Positions 1 to 14,055 of a DNA stretch of 64,000 nucleotides are shown one piece after another (the stretch's first letter is position 1; every line of letters starts with the position of its first letter). A program made the position numbers and the translations under genes. The DNA comes from Camelus ferus (taxonomy: Eukaryota). The stretch is taken from assembly GCF_009834535.1 (NCBI RefSeq), contig NC_045707.1, positions 53,632,001 through 53,696,000 on the forward strand, given 5' to 3'. The notes beneath the pieces were generated by a model. It did not search any database and was not told the DNA's origin. It worked only from the letters and a program-made list of their open reading frames with translations.

Positions 1-140
1 GACTGTATGCTAAGCAATAAAATAAATCTCAGTGAATTTCAAAAACTGAAATCACACGGAGTATATTCTCTGACCACAAGTCAAATAAATTAGAAATCAA
101 TAATAAAATGTATAAAGGCAATCCATAGAGAATTGATAAT
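1..140 (+). mobile_element. Degraded old L1 ORF2 (endonuclease-region) fragment
   Basis: gaaatcacacggagtatattctctgaccacaagtcaaataaattagaaatcaataa resembles DNA for the L1 EN segment EIIxSIFSDHNxxKLEIN, which is present in the young L1 ORF2 of this window. Confidence 0.6.
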
Positions 141-261
141 CAATATTTTTTGCCTTCTAAGTTTTACTGAAGTGTAGCCCTTTTACAATGTTGAATATTT
201 CTTGAGTAAATTCCAAACTCCATTATCACAAATGGCAATCGAAAGGGTGACCCATTAGTCC

Positions 262-1856
262 TATTTATTTATTTATTTAATGTATAGTTGGTTTACAATG
301 TTGTATCAAATTCTGATGTACAGAATGTTTCAGTCATACATACACATACATATATTAATTTTCATATTCTTTTTCATTATAGGTTACTGTAAGATATTGA
401 ATATAGTTCCATGTGCTATACAGTATAAACTTGTTTATCTGTTTTGTATGTGGTTAATTAGTATCTACAAATCTCAAACTCCCAATTTATCCCTTCCTAC
501 CCTTTTTAATCACCTAGTAACCTTAAGTTTGTTCTCCATGTCTGTGAGTCTGTTTCTGTTTTGTAACTAAGCTCATTTGTGTCTTTTTTATTTTTAGATT
601 CCACATATAAGCAATATCATACACTATTTTTCTTTCTCTTTCTGGCTTCACTTAGAATGATGACCTCCAGGTCCATCCATTGTTGCTGCAAATGGCATTA
701 CCTTATTCTTTCTTACGGCTGAGTAGTATTCCATTGTGTAAATATACCACAATTTCTTTATCCAGTCATCTGTCAATGGGCATTTAGGTTGTTTCCATGT
801 CTTGGCAATTGTAAATATTGCTGCTGTGAACATTGGGGTGCATGTGTCTTTTTGAGTTATAGTTTTCTCCAGATATATGCCCAGGAGTGGGATTGCTGGA
901 TCATATGGTAAGTCTATTTTCAGTTTTATAAGGAACCTCCATACTGTCCTCCATAGTGGCTGCATCAATTTATATTTTCACCAACATTGTAGGAGGGTTC
1001 CTTTTTCTCCACACCCTCTCCAATGTTTATTATTTGTGGACTTTTTAATGACGGCCATTCAGACTGGTGTGAGGTGATTCCTCATCGTAGTTTTAATTTG
1101 CATTTCTCTAATAATTAGTGATGTGGAGCATCCTTTCATGTGGCTGTTGGCCATCTGTATGTGTTCTTTGGAGAGATGTCTGTTTAGGTCTTCTGCCTAT
1201 TTTTTGATTGAGCTCCTTGTTTTTTTGATATTAAGCTGTATGAGCTGTTTGTATATTTTGGAAATTAGTCCCCTTGTCAGTTGCATCATTTGCAAATATT
1301 TTTTCCCATTCTGTAGGTATGTTCCCTCTATGCCCACTTTCTGGAGAGTTTTTATCATAAGTCAGTATTGAATTTTATCACAAGCTTTTCTGCATCTATT
1401 GAGATGATCGTATGGTTTTTATTCTTCAATTTGGTAATGTGGTATATATAGCACATTGACTGATTGGTGGACAGTGAAAAATCCTTGCATCCCTAGGATA
1501 AATCCCACTTGCTCATGGTGTGTGATCATTTTAATGCCTTGTTGGAGTTGGTTTGCTAGTATTTTGTTGAAGATTTTGCATCTATATTCAAGTGACATTG
1601 GCCTGTAATTTTCTTTCTTTGTGATATCTTTGTCTAATTTTGGTATCAGGGTGATGGTGGCCTCATAGTCTGAAAGTGTTCCTTCCTCTGCAATTTTTTG
1701 GAATGGTTTCAAAAGGATAGGTGTTAACTCTTCTCTAAGTGTTTGGTAGAATTCACCTGTGAAGCTGTCTGGTCCTGGACTTCTGTTTGTTGAGAGTTCA
1801 TTGATTCAGTTTCAGTATTGGTAGTTGTCCTATTCATATTTTCTGTTTCCTCATGG
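262..1856 (-). mobile_element. 5'-truncated LINE-1 (3' UTR plus ORF2 pieces) with ~1.2 kb internal deletion
   Basis: ORF 648..968 is the L1 ORF2 C-terminus ([11 protein letters not shown]...[14 protein letters not shown]). ORF 1419..1712 is the RT start ([10 protein letters not shown]...[10 protein letters not shown]). T-rich tail at 262-280. Collinear with the L1 at 46.5-49.3 kb. Confidence 0.95.
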
Positions 1857-4548
1857 CTTGAACTCTTGTTTTTGTCCTGAGCTTCTCTACCTGTTCCTGT
1901 CTTCTTAACGTAATCATCAATGAGACTTGATTTGTTTTATATACTCCTAAAATAATTTTTAATTTCTTTGTATACCAGTGGTTTAATAAGTGATCAATAA
2001 AATCAAGTAGATAAATTACTACCAAATTAACATGAATCCCACCTCACTCACTTTTTTGTAATTATTAGATCATTGCCAAATATAAACATTTAATTTCCTG
2101 ATATGATAATCCGTTATGAAACACAAAACCTACAGGAAGCACCTTCTGAATACCTGATTATCTCAGGAACATGGATGCGTTCACAACATTAAAATATAAT
2201 TAAGTCTAGCTTTGGCCAGATTCAGAAAGGTTTGAGAATCTGCTACCTCATAATTAATGTCTAATTGTTGGTAATTATGTTGTTTAGTTTTGTGCACAAC
2301 CCAGTTTATTTATTTTTTGCACCAGGGCCCATGCCAATTATACTTCGGCCACAACTGTCAAGGCTATCAACAGATTAAACACTGATTGCCAGGGCTGCAT
2401 AATAATGGTCTCCTACCAACCTGCATAAAGTGACTGGGCTCTTGAGCCCCAAACAGCAAGTCTGTGCTGAACGTTGGCTCTCTCACGTCGCTTCTCATTA
2501 ACCACTAACGGCTAGCCAGGCCAGAATTTAACTCAGAAGCTAGAGATGCCCATCCATATAAGTTATTGAAATCTATTTCTTACTATGTTTAAAATATTTA
2601 GACACTGTTTAAATGTTGTATGGCCTGATAGAGAATTTAATAAGTTTTTTTGCATTTAAACAGCTGCTTCTGCAGTTGCTTATGATTTACTTTAGTGTAG
2701 CAAAACTGAATCTTTAAGATTTTTCTTCCTTTATTTTGTTTTCTGTTATATAGCCACTTGGCCCAAGCTGAAGCAACAACATAAAGTGAAGAGCATCCAT
2801 TGAAAGTGTTTACTGTTTTATTGATGATTTTTTTTTTCTCATGAAAGACCTTAAAATTTGAAAATAGCTTAAAATCCCTAGGGACTGATTTTTCAATATA
2901 ACCTATGAGCATTTTTAACGTTCTCATTACAGAGACAACTTAGATAACTTTGAACATAGGAACTAAAATATAAAAGCTCTTGTAAAACCTTCCTATAATG
3001 ATAATTACTCTACTTTAGCCTATAGCATACCATAAAGATATGTCACTGAAAATATGTTACGCATTACAGTGGTGATGTATAATACTGTGATCCCTGATAA
3101 AATGAATCTTCAGAGTGGAGGTATTTGGGGTTATAATTCATGGGAACAATAGCTTTTAGTGCTCTCCAGTATATTACAAGAGTGACAACTCGGTGATGAA
3201 ATGTAATACATAATTGCCTCAGTCACATACACCAGTTTTTTTCTGACCTGAAGAATCTTTTGTCTCTATTTTAATAATAGTGTCATGATTCTTAGCATCA
3301 TAGAAAAAGTAGATGTAAGACCTGTACTTCAGTGTGTAACCAGCAATGTAATTTCGATTAGAGGAAGCTATCAACATTTTCCTGCACATAGGTTTCCTGG
3401 TAAAAGAAACATTTCACTTGTTGAAATAAAAGAACACTCATTAGCATGACCTACAAAGACTGTATATTAAAGCTGAAATTAAAACCATGAATTCTAAGCA
3501 TAATGTGGACCAGACCATCATCACTATGTAGAGTAGACTTTAGAGTAAGTACATGCAAGGGCTTTCCTATCTACATCCCCTGATGGTCTCATCTGGATGC
3601 ACAGTTCATCTTAGTGGCTCCCTCTTCAGCTAACCCTGTAGTTGGACTTTATTATACTCATTATTTTGTCGCTGGAATTTTATTTAATACGTATTATGTG
3701 CCAGGTACTATCCTAGGGGCAGAGATCATAAAAAAGAAGTCAACATGGTTTCCATCCTGGAAAAGGCCGCCATGGGAACAAGACACATAAACCACTTACT
3801 ATCACAAGAGATCCTTTCTCTATGACTTTTTTCAATTTCTTCCCCCTCCCCCTACTTGTTCCTGCTGCCTTCATGTGCTGGGGTCTACAACCTACAATAT
3901 GCTGTAACAGCATATTTAGTAATTAAAATTTCTGTTAAAGATACTTTGTTTCTTCCTTTTCTTCTTACCTCTGTTTTCTTCTGCCCAGGTTTTCAGATGT
4001 GCTTTTTACTGGGTATCTTAATTTGTTCTTTGGTTCTTCTCTCTAGCAAATGAACACTGATGTAATAAATAAAATACAAATCTCAGAATAGCAGAGGACT
4101 TTAAATGCCATCAAATCCTATTTTTCAGACAAGGGAGGTTAAATTAAAAACAAAACTCTTTAAAGTTTCCCTTTATTTCTAATCAATTGCTTTTTTGTCT
4201 TCCCATAGGAAGTTACCCATATCTCTATTAGCACACCCATTATGCTGTTATACCTTGCTGTCTGTGAGTTTCTCTCTCTTTCTGCATGACAGTACCTTCC
4301 AGGTTAGAATGGCAGACATAATTCTGCACAGTAATATATTCAGTGTAAGTTGACTTTGTCCAAGAAAAATGTCATCCTTAAGCATGCCATGGAAGCAGTG
4401 TGTTTTTTCATGGAAAATATGTATCTCAGTGGAGATGTGCCATGAGCTATAGCAACTTACAAGTTGTTCAGTTACCCAGCTTCACTGTGAATATTGGGAC
4501 TAGCAGGTAGAAATAAGCCTTTATTACACATGGAATTTGTTAAATATC

Positions 4549-4971
4549 TGTATCAGTCAGTGTGGGCTGCCTCAACAAAATATCAGATAGTGGGTGGCTT
4601 AGACAAGAGAAATTTATTTTCTCACAATCCTGGGGGTTGGAAAGTCTATGATCCAGGAGACTGTAAATCTGGTTTCTGATGGGAGAACTGTCTTCCTGGG
4701 TTTCTGATGGCCATCTTCTTGCTTGCATCTTCACATGGCCTTTATTCTTGGATATATGGAGAGAGAGCGCTTCCTGCTGTCTTTTGTTATAAGGACACTA
4801 ATTCTGTAGGATCAGTGCCCTGCCCATATGATCTCCTATAGACCCTATTTCCTTCATTATCTCCTGATAGGCCTTATCTCCAAACACCATAAATACCATC
4901 ACAATGGGAGTTAGACCTTCAATATATGGATTGGGTGGGTGGGAGAGGGATACAGTTCAGTCCAATAGCAA
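4549..4971 (-). mobile_element. MaLR solo LTR (MLT1-type)
   Basis: Starts tgtatcagtcag...gggtggcttagacaagagaaatttattttctcacaatcctgggggttgg and ends cagttcagtccaatagca; similar to the LTR at 59268-59622. Confidence 0.8.
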
Positions 4972-6481
4972 TATCTTCTGGTTATAAAAAGAAATAAAAA
5001 ACATCTTTAGTTTTAATAATTACCCCCCCCCCAGTATACATCCACAATAGAATGTACTACAATGCTTCTCTCCATCTCTACCAACATAGTTATAACCATC
5101 AGTACACAATCTCCTAATGCACATTCAGCTGAGAAAGGTGAGGTTTTTGCATGGGAATGTCAGCTTGGAGGAAAAAAACCAGAATTGGAATCCTTAGAGG
5201 CATTTTCTCATGGACTGTTGTTGAGATGGCAGATGTTAGGTGTAGATGTGAAATAGCTCACTTGATCACAGGTAAGTTAGATGGACAAATGGACAACCTA
5301 GTATTGGAATCTCTCCTCCTTCCATTATATGAAAAGAAATACGTGTGCATAGGCTTCTTAGTAAAGGTGTGAAAGGACCTGAGAAGCCTTTCAGAAGCTC
5401 CATCTGCAGTCTCTGCATATCTGCTTTACTGCCTTGACTTTCTTCTGTGCACATGACCTCATTTTCCATCTTCAGAATCCACATGACCACCTTAAACTGC
5501 TCATGTTTGCATCACTTGACTTCTAGGTGTAGACAGTAGATCTAATTATCTGTCCCTGAATTCCAATCCTAATTTGGAATCAGATTACAGAATCAGCCTG
5601 GCATGAGTAAAAAGTTTGTTCCTAGAAGGACTGAGTATAGCCAGGAGGACTGGTCATAACATTTATGAGGGTTCGTTAAATCCCCTATTTCTGCATGTGA
5701 GGGTTGTTTGGATCCTAGCAGAAGACCACCACCCTGTGAAAAGGGGATGCTGACTCTCCTAATAAAGCAGGCAAATTTTGGCATAAACCTAATATTGTGA
5801 TGAGGTAGAAAGACTGCTTTTTCTAATGTTACTCTCCTTGGCCTAAGAGTTTGGAGCTTTCAGACTGCAGAAGTTACTTTAACCAGGAATAGTCTTAGCA
5901 GATATATCTTGCATTTGAATTGTGTCATCTGCAGTGACCTAAACTATATGCTTTTAGTTATGATATACTGACTACCTGTGAAATTTAAATGACATTTTTT
6001 CTTTATGACTAAAAAGCTAAATCTGGACATTAGGAATAGCTGGTAATTGGTTAAAAGTATTTTATATTTCCGTTCTGAAAAGTAAGGGTCATCACAAAAA
6101 AAGGTTATATAACCTTTTCTGTACATCTAATGGAAAATGTTCAGTTTAAAGCGAGCCCTTAAAATGTTAAGAGAAATTGTCAGTTATAGCTAGCTCACAA
6201 TGGCTGTGGTTCATTGTTTTATACTCACGTGCATGAAAGGATTTATAAGGTAAAAGGATAATCAGAGTCTAAAAGAAGTCCTCCACTTAAATTTTCTAAT
6301 GTTTAAATTTGTGTTTTATTCTCATCTAAGTTATTTTGGGGAAAAGGGTCTGAGCAGCTATTTCTATCTTAACTTAAATTGGATTTATTTTATGTTATTG
6401 ATAATTACTTGAGAAAACTTAAATCTGTTAATTTTATGTCCTTTCAAGAGTTTCATCTCTTTTAAGAATTTATCTAGTACA

Positions 6482-6870
6482 TCTGTTAACATTTGCTGCC
6501 TGCAGTTAACCACCAAATCTCAGTGGCTTACAAAAAAGAATCACTCATATCTCAGGCTTTGAATCAGATAGTATTTGCCTGATCTGCACTTGCCTCAGTT
6601 CTGCCTTGTGTGACAAGCATATTCTTAAGGGACTAGCAAGCTAGCTAAAGCATATCCTTTTCATGGTGATGGTAGAAGGCAAGACAGCATGCCTAAAAGG
6701 GCAAGCACATTTCATGTTTCAGCTTCCATCATACCTTTCACACTCCATGGGTCAAAGTGGATCATGACCAACATCAATATCGATGGCACAGAAGAATATC
6801 CTCATGTATACGTTAGGGGAATCGAGAATGTAAAGAGGACATGCATATTTGCTGAATAATAACCCAACAC
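6482..6870 (-). mobile_element. Old MaLR LTR (MLT1J/K-like), degraded
   Basis: aaccaccaaatctcagtggcttac at the start and MLT1-like motifs further on; recognised by eye. Confidence 0.5.
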
Positions 6871-6899
6871 TCTGGAATGAAAATTCACATGAAGTATAA

Positions 6900-6918
6900 T
6901 GTGTGTGTGTGTGTGTGT

Positions 6919-6957
<39 letters not shown>
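6900..6957. repeat. (TG)n microsatellite with one interruption
   Basis: Directly visible; source of the spurious HTHTHT ORF. Confidence 0.98.
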
Positions 6958-6961
<4 letters not shown>

Positions 6962-7179
6962 AATAGTCGTTCCCATTCACCATGTATAGTGGGCAGTGAC
7001 TATTGAAAGCATTTGCTGGTTGCTCCAAATAATTTTGTGAACCACAGAACCAGAGACTTTAATTGACCTCATTTGATCCTAAAGGTTATTAGCAGGCACA
7101 TTAAAAAAATACACATGACATTTCTTAATTATTTTTGTGATAAATACTGTATTTTGACAGCACAGTGAATAATAATGGC

Positions 7180-7560
7180 AGTTGATGAGAGGGCCTAATA
7201 AATTCTAAGAAGTCAAGAAAAGCTTCCTTGAGAGAGTGACATTTAACATAAGACTAAAGGAGCAAAGTAAAGAGGTAGAGAAAAAGAATTCCAGGAAAAA
7301 GTATTATGTTTGAAGGTCTTGGGGCAATAAAAAGAAACTTAAGACCAGTGTGGTGATAAAAGGCATGGGGAGTGTTATAAAATACTGAATGATGGAGAGG
7401 ACAGAACAAAAAGAATCCTTTGACATGTTAAACTTTTGGAGTTTATTCTAGGGTCAATGAAAAACCATTAAAGGATTTTAGGCAGGGTTTGGGTGACTTA
7501 ATCAGATTTGCATTTGTAAAAAGGTCATAGTAGCTGCTAGATGAGGAATGGATTAGATCA
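7180..7560 (-). mobile_element. L2 LINE fragment
   Basis: Purine-rich L2-antisense motifs: aagcttccttgagagagtgacattt, aaccattaaaggattttaggcaggg, atcagatttgcattt. Confidence 0.55.
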
Positions 7561-7569
7561 CACTATCAA

Positions 7570-8270
7570 ATCTTGAAGAAAATGAGAGCAGCTGAATTTC
7601 TCATGCATTATTGGTACGATTATAAATATGAAATTGGTAACATGCTTTGGATTTGACATCACTAGTAAAGCTGAAGACTTAGATCCCCAACAACCTAGTG
7701 TTTCTACTCTTGTATTTGAAGAAACCCTTACATGTGCATATCAGAAGACATATGTAGAAATGTTCTTTGAAATGACATCTTTAAATAGTAATTCATTAAT
7801 TTATTAGTTAATTTTTAAAAAGGAACAATGCCCCCAAATCTGCCAACATTAAAATAGATAGGTAAGTTATGTTATATTTATGTACAATGGGATATTATAC
7901 AACAGTTTTGCATGACATATATGCATATCAGGAATACTATTTTGATTGAAAAAGGCAAGTCATAGAATAATACTCAAAGTGTTATTTTATAGTTAAGCAT
8001 AGGAAAAATAAACAATATACTTTAGAGATACAGACATAAATGATGATGTTTTAAGGACAGCATGGGAATAAATGTTAAAACTAAAAGTCAAGATAATGGT
8101 CATGTCGAGCTGAAGATAAAATTGAATAGGATCAGGAAGAAGCACATCGAGGTTCCTTAAGCTAGCTGATGGAGAAATGAGTGGTTTAGTATTTCAGCTT
8201 TATCTGTTTCTTAGCCTTTTATAATATCTTATAATTACTAAATACTTAATAAAACATTATAAAAATAAAT
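7570..8270 (+). mobile_element. Old L1M(E)-type 3' end fragment
   Basis: Degraded L1 ORF2-end and 3' UTR motifs (acatgtgcatatcagaagacatatgtagaaatgttc; tacaatgggatattatacaacag). Confidence 0.55.
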
Positions 8271-8348
8271 CATAGAAGATTCAGAGTATGTATAGACCCG
8301 TCTGAAGATTATTAGTGTAAATCAGGAGAAATACAGCGGATTGCTCTA

Positions 8349-8760
8349 CTGCCTAGGTTCTTGTCCCATTGCAGAAAGGATTCAGAGGCGAGACATGGAG
8401 ATTATCAGAAAGTAAAGTGAGGATCTATTAAGGGATGGATAGTTCACTCTCAAGGGGAGAGCGGGCAGGCTTAGGTGAGCAGCTGCCCTGAGTTTCCTTG
8501 GCAAGTTGGTTACACAGAGTGTAAAAATGAATGAGCAGAATATTAATTGGGGAGGGAAGGGTTTGGGGGTCATATTCCCTGGTTTTCATCCCAGCCCCAC
8601 CTTCCTGAAGGGAGGAGGGATTCTGCTCAGGGAACCCTGTTGTTTACATGATGTATGATTTTCTTCATTTGGCCTGTTCCCCGCCTTTTTGCCCAGTTCC
8701 TGCCATTTGGCCTGCATCCCCCTTTCTCTGCTCACATCTAGCTATCTGCCTGCTCTAACA
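8349..8760 (-). mobile_element. ERV solo LTR
   Basis: Minus strand begins TGTTAGAGCAGGCAGATAGCTAG. This GC-richer ~410-bp block is flanked by the direct repeat GCTCTA (8343-8348, 8761-8766). The other terminus lacks a clean CA. Confidence 0.7.
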
Positions 8761-9159
8761 GCTCTAGACTGAGGCAAACACGATGGAGGGAAGTCATGAG
8801 GACCGAGGAGGGAGGATGCTGTGGGAGACTGAAACACTGAGACTTTCCCGTTGTGGCCTTTGCATATATTTGATCATTCAGCTCTTCTTTCGTGTCCTCT
8901 CACACATAAATTAGCTTCTACCCATTTCTTTCCACCCCTCTTGATATAAACCAGATTGTTCAATGGCTGCTCATTCATGTAAAAAGTTTGTCTGTTCTTG
9001 AAACTAGCCCCATAAAACTTTCCACCCTGTTCCCCGAGGTTTGACTGCCCCTGTGGAGCCTTCTCATGCCTATCATTTTTGTTAATAGATTCTTATGCTA
9101 GCAATTCTCTGGTTGATTTTCTTCCACAGTGTGATCCCCTATATGTGGGAGTTGAGATT

Positions 9160-10680
9160 GATTATTTTTTCATTCCAATGTGTATTTGAGTTGCCTATGA
9201 GACATCCAAGTGGGAATATTGAAGGGAGCGCTAAATACATTGTCTAAAGCTCAGAGGAAAGTATAAGTTGAAAAAGGAAAAAAAAAATTGCTCATAGTAT
9301 TAGCTGTAGGGGTAGATGAAATTGCCTAGGGAGAGGACATATTGTGCAGTGAGAAAAGCATCTGAGATTAAGTGCTGAGGAGCTCAGCCTTTATATGTTG
9401 GATGGAGAAGGGAAAGCTGGCAATAGAGAACAACGAAGAAGAGCCAGGTGATGTGAGGGAAAACAGGAGAAGATGGTGTCATAGGTTATGTCTTCAGAAG
9501 CCAACCTTAGATAATGATTCATGTTCTAGTAATTTATTAGAAAAGTGCTCCTGGAGAAACTGGTGAGGAAGTAGGGAAGAAATCAAGCAAGTGTGCAATT
9601 TCAGGCAGTCTTACTATAGCCTGACTCCTTAGGAAAGATCTGAAGGTGAATTGCTCCTCAGAATTGTTCCCTACTCAATGCAAATAAGTTTGACATTTAT
9701 ACTTCCCCACGGTATTCACCAAACTCTGCTCCCCGAGGTTATTGACTCCTAGGTACTTCCTGTTCTCTGTCAAAGCTGCAATTGACTGCAAGCAAGTCTA
9801 AAATTATAATTGCACGTGAAGGAAGTTAGCAGCAAGAATAATGGGGGAGGGAGGCATGGTATACAGAAATGATAAAAGCCATCAGAAGGAATCTGGATAT
9901 AGCACTTCTAAGTGTCTGCTAAATATGAAATCATAGAATCCAAAAAGGAAGTTTCAAGACATGGCAGATTTTGCTACAAGTCTTTGAGAGTTTAAGATGA
10001 ACTCTGAAAAAATAGGTATTTATTAGATTTGATCAAAATAGCATGCCTAAATTTAGGCTTGCTTATATGAACATGTCATATAAGAAGCTTGGACTTTATC
10101 CTTTAGACAATAAGAAGCCACTGAATGGTTTTAAGAAGGAGCATAACAATGTCACATGGATAATTACCTCAATGAGGGCAGTGTAAGAACGCACTCGAGG
10201 ATATTCAATTGAAGCGTATTAACCATTTTGGAAGCTGTTGCAAAAGTTCAAGTAAGACATTAAAAAGACTTAAGGTAAGTAGGAGTGGACAGAATTTACT
10301 CTTTTATTTAAGAAATATTTAAGAGCAAATAAATAGAGGCTTAGAGTTCCATGAAGAAAAACAGTCATGGATGGCTACAGGTTTATTTGGTTACTGCATA
10401 GAGAAGTATGAGAAGGATGTTGAGAATAGTCTATTTTAGCATTAATAGGATGTGTAACAGGTGTCTCTGGAACATTCCTGTTGAGCTATCAGTTAGTTGA
10501 ATATAAAGTCTGAAGTTTCGGAAGGAAGTTCAGGATACCAGATAGGGATTTGCACATCATTGTCTTTATCATCATTAATATCTGAGTGGATAAGAAATCC
10601 CAGGAAAAGCTTATAGGGTAACAAAAGAAATAAGCCAATAGGATCCTGGGTGATAGAATTCTTAAAGAATAACAAAGCCA
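9160..10680 (-). mobile_element. L2 fragments interrupted by an old MLT1 LTR (~9480-9925)
   Basis: L2-antisense motifs (gagacatccaagtggga, gtagatgaaattgcctagggag, gaagccactgaatggttttaag); MLT1-like block cagaagccaaccttagataatgattcatg...gtgctcctggagaaac. Confidence 0.55.
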
Positions 10681-10759
10681 TATCAGATGCTAATTGACCA
10701 ATTCTTTCAGTTTAGGTAATATCTTTGTGATTTAGGTGCTTGTCTGTTCTCTTTATTGT

Positions 10760-11075
10760 ACTCTCTATTCAAATGATAATTAGAGATGACTTTCCTAATC
10801 ACTCCATCTAGAATATCTGTCCTCCACATTATCACCTCCAACCCTATTTTTTTCCTATCTCCTTACCTTCTTTTTATTTCATGGTACATACAACTAGCTG
10901 GCACTATACCATATATTCCTGGGTGCACTTATTTCTTATTTCCTCCAGTAGAACTAAAGTTTCATGAAGGCAGAGTGCCCTCCCACCACCACCACCAAAT
11001 ATATCCCCTGTTTTTAGAACACTACTTGGAACATAAAAAAGACTCATTAATTCTTAAATGCATAGATGAATGACT
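10760..11075 (+). mobile_element. L2 3' end
   Basis: tagaactaaagtttcatgaaggcag...tagaacactacttggaacata...gatgaatgactga, the typical L2 terminus. Confidence 0.55.
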
Positions 11076-13894
11076 GATACATCTAACAGGCTTGTAGGGT
11101 GATTATTTTATGGACTCTTATTTATTTACATTTTAAGCAATATTGTTTGGAGAATCTCATTCCCTCTGTAAATTACAAATCTATTTTAAAAAAGCAAAAT
11201 TTGATTCTCCAGTCATAATACAAATTCTTAAATTATTCTAAAGAAGCAGAACTATAATTTTAGTCCCAAAGAACAAAATTGCTTTCTTTTATAATCTTTC
11301 TATACTTAGGCTGTATCTCTAAGCCAGCCTAGTGACAGCAAAGATTCCTCAAGCATTTACTTGGTAATTAATTTGTGTCCAAATTCCACACTCATCTTAG
11401 TTCAGCAATGATATGCTTGGGATTAATGTATTGATAGATCATCTCAATCTGAAAAGCATACAGTCTATCCTGGTAAATTAGTATATTTCTACATGATATT
11501 AAGGTACTGCTAGATCAAAGATGGTACAAATATTCTATAAAGGCCATGTTCAAATCAGTATCAGTTTGAGATGCACAGCTTCAGGGACGGTATGTAAATA
11601 GTCATTGTGCATTTGAAATTATTACACACACACACTCAAAGAGATCTGAAGGATGCTCATAACTTTCTTTTTTTCTTCCCAAGATTCATTTTTTTTTTTT
11701 TTTTTTTCGATAATACTACTTCCATATTCCCCTTGGGTAATTACACCTGTCCACCTTTTCATGCAACCTTACAAATAAGGTCATGCACACACTTTCCTCT
11801 GATAATCACATGGCTTTTTCTCTCCAGAACTTGAATTTTGAACTGAAAAACATTTAAACAAAAATATCAGGAACTGATTCTTACTTACGAGGTTATCTTA
11901 ATGAGACTGCCCATTAGTTCCTCCTATCACAATACCAGAAACTCTTGGATCTTGTCAGTCTTGATTTTCAGTCTTCCCTGGGTTTCTGGAAGCTACTCCA
12001 TATGCTTGTAATAAGCTCATGCTATATTTTATTAAACACAGAGCTTGATTCCTTTACTTGTAGTTAAAGGACAAAAACAAATGCAGAGACCTATGATTCT
12101 TTTAGTGCCTGCAACTTGAGTAACATATATATGAGCAGGTAGGAGAAAGGAAATAATAAAAGTGTAGTTTTGTGGCATTACCTAAGATCCTATTTATTAC
12201 CTTCTGGAATTTGGATTGTTAATGGGCTTTTAAAATATTCAGTTGTCTAAAGGTATCCAGCAGATTTGTCCTTGGTGATTGGAGATGCCATGAATGATAA
12301 CCTCACACGTAGTAAAAGTTTCTTTTTCTAAAATCAGCTAAAATACCTCATTATCGGCAAGCCTGTTACTAGATCTTCACATATGACAAACAGCTTTCTT
12401 TTAGCCTCTCTTTCCCTCTTCGCTGTCCATCATCCTAGCCTTGGAGATCAGTGCTCTTCTCCTTTGAATGCGTTAGTCATTCATGAATGGTGACATAAAA
12501 GCTTAGCTATGCTCTGGAAAGAGAGTCTTTTATTATACATTTCTAACAACCATTAATATCTACAACACTCAGCGGTTTCTAATTTTCTTTTATAAAAGGA
12601 CAAGCTGTAACTACATGTCAAAATGGCATGGGGTCCAAAACTTACTAGTTTTTTATTAATGAGGATAAGAAAGGAAAAAATAGAAAAATGAGCTATATTA
12701 TTACCAGACACAGGAAATCTTTGATTAAAAAAAAACATAAAACACCTTTTTTGGAGGTGAGGTGGTCATTGCATTTATAAACATTAATTACCACAAAAAA
12801 CATACTATATCAAAAAGGATTTATTTTTCCATCTAAATCTCTTGGAGAATCTTTAAGAAACTAAAAACTTTAAACTTATCTTAGCTAAAATTTTGAAGTT
12901 AGGGTAAATATTAACAAAATTATATATTTTCATAATATTCTTGAGAAAGTATTACCCAAGAAAATATATGGAATAAAAATTGCTGGTTAACCAAGAATAT
13001 TTTTTGAAATTATATTTGTGAATAACTTCAGCTAGAATATTAGGAAACAAAATATTATTTGAATCTACATGAGAGGCTCTCATTTAGATTGAAATACATT
13101 GAAAACAAAATGGTCACAATTATGGGAGTTATATAGAGTTATATATAACAATTAGGATTATTTTATCTATTTATATGTTGCTTTCTTTTCTTGAATTTAA
13201 GAAAAATGGAAAATTCAAGGACAGCACTGAAACCTTTGCATGTTTCTCTCAGATATCTTAGATGATAAAGTTAAATTGGGAATAAAATCTTTTTAGTTTG
13301 GAATAAAATCTAGATTTAGGAGCTAAATTGCATATCATTAAGTTCTCCACAGAATAAGATGTTGTAGTTCATTTTTGTTTTTTCCTAATTGAATATGTAT
13401 CTTTCAAAAGAGCCAGGGCAATATCATTAATTAACTTCTTTCAGATTTTTTCTACTTAGGTAGACTTCATCTTCTTTACTTACCTGAATGTTTATTAAAG
13501 ATTTATTAAAACCTAAAGTTTGTTTTTCATTGTGAATGCTAGCTTCTCTTTGGGTCTTTACATTCAAATTATTTTTCATTTACTAGGGGAGAAGGCAACA
13601 GTTAGTTACAGAATGACCTGCATTATATTAAGCATAACAAATCACTGTACTAAGCACTGACTCAATTCTATTTATGACTATTAGGGTAATTCTGAGTATG
13701 CTTAGAGAATGCAAGAGCATTTGAGGAAAAGGATTTGTCCATCTAGACTATTGCACTTTTCCAGGTAGGGACAGATCTTCAAATGCTCTGTCACGTAAAC
13801 TCATTTGTTCCCAAATGCCTCTAAAAGTTTAGAAGGCAGGACAGGTAGTAATGTCTTCATTTATAACTAAGTCCAAAAGTTTAACAAGTGACTT

Positions 13895-14055
13895 TTGTAG
13901 TGTAGTCACTTTACAAGTTGTGTCAATTTCTGGTGTACAGCTTAATGTTTCAGTCATTTATACACATACATGTATTCATTTTCATACTCTTTTTCATTAT
14001 ATAGGTTACTACAAGATATTGAATTAGTTCCTTGCATCTACCAAAGAAACTTTTT
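13895..14055 (-). mobile_element. Short L1 3' tail inserted in a MIR-like sequence
   Basis: Matches the L1 3' UTR end at 280-430; flanked by GTGACTT at 13888-13894 and 14056-14062. Confidence 0.85.
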
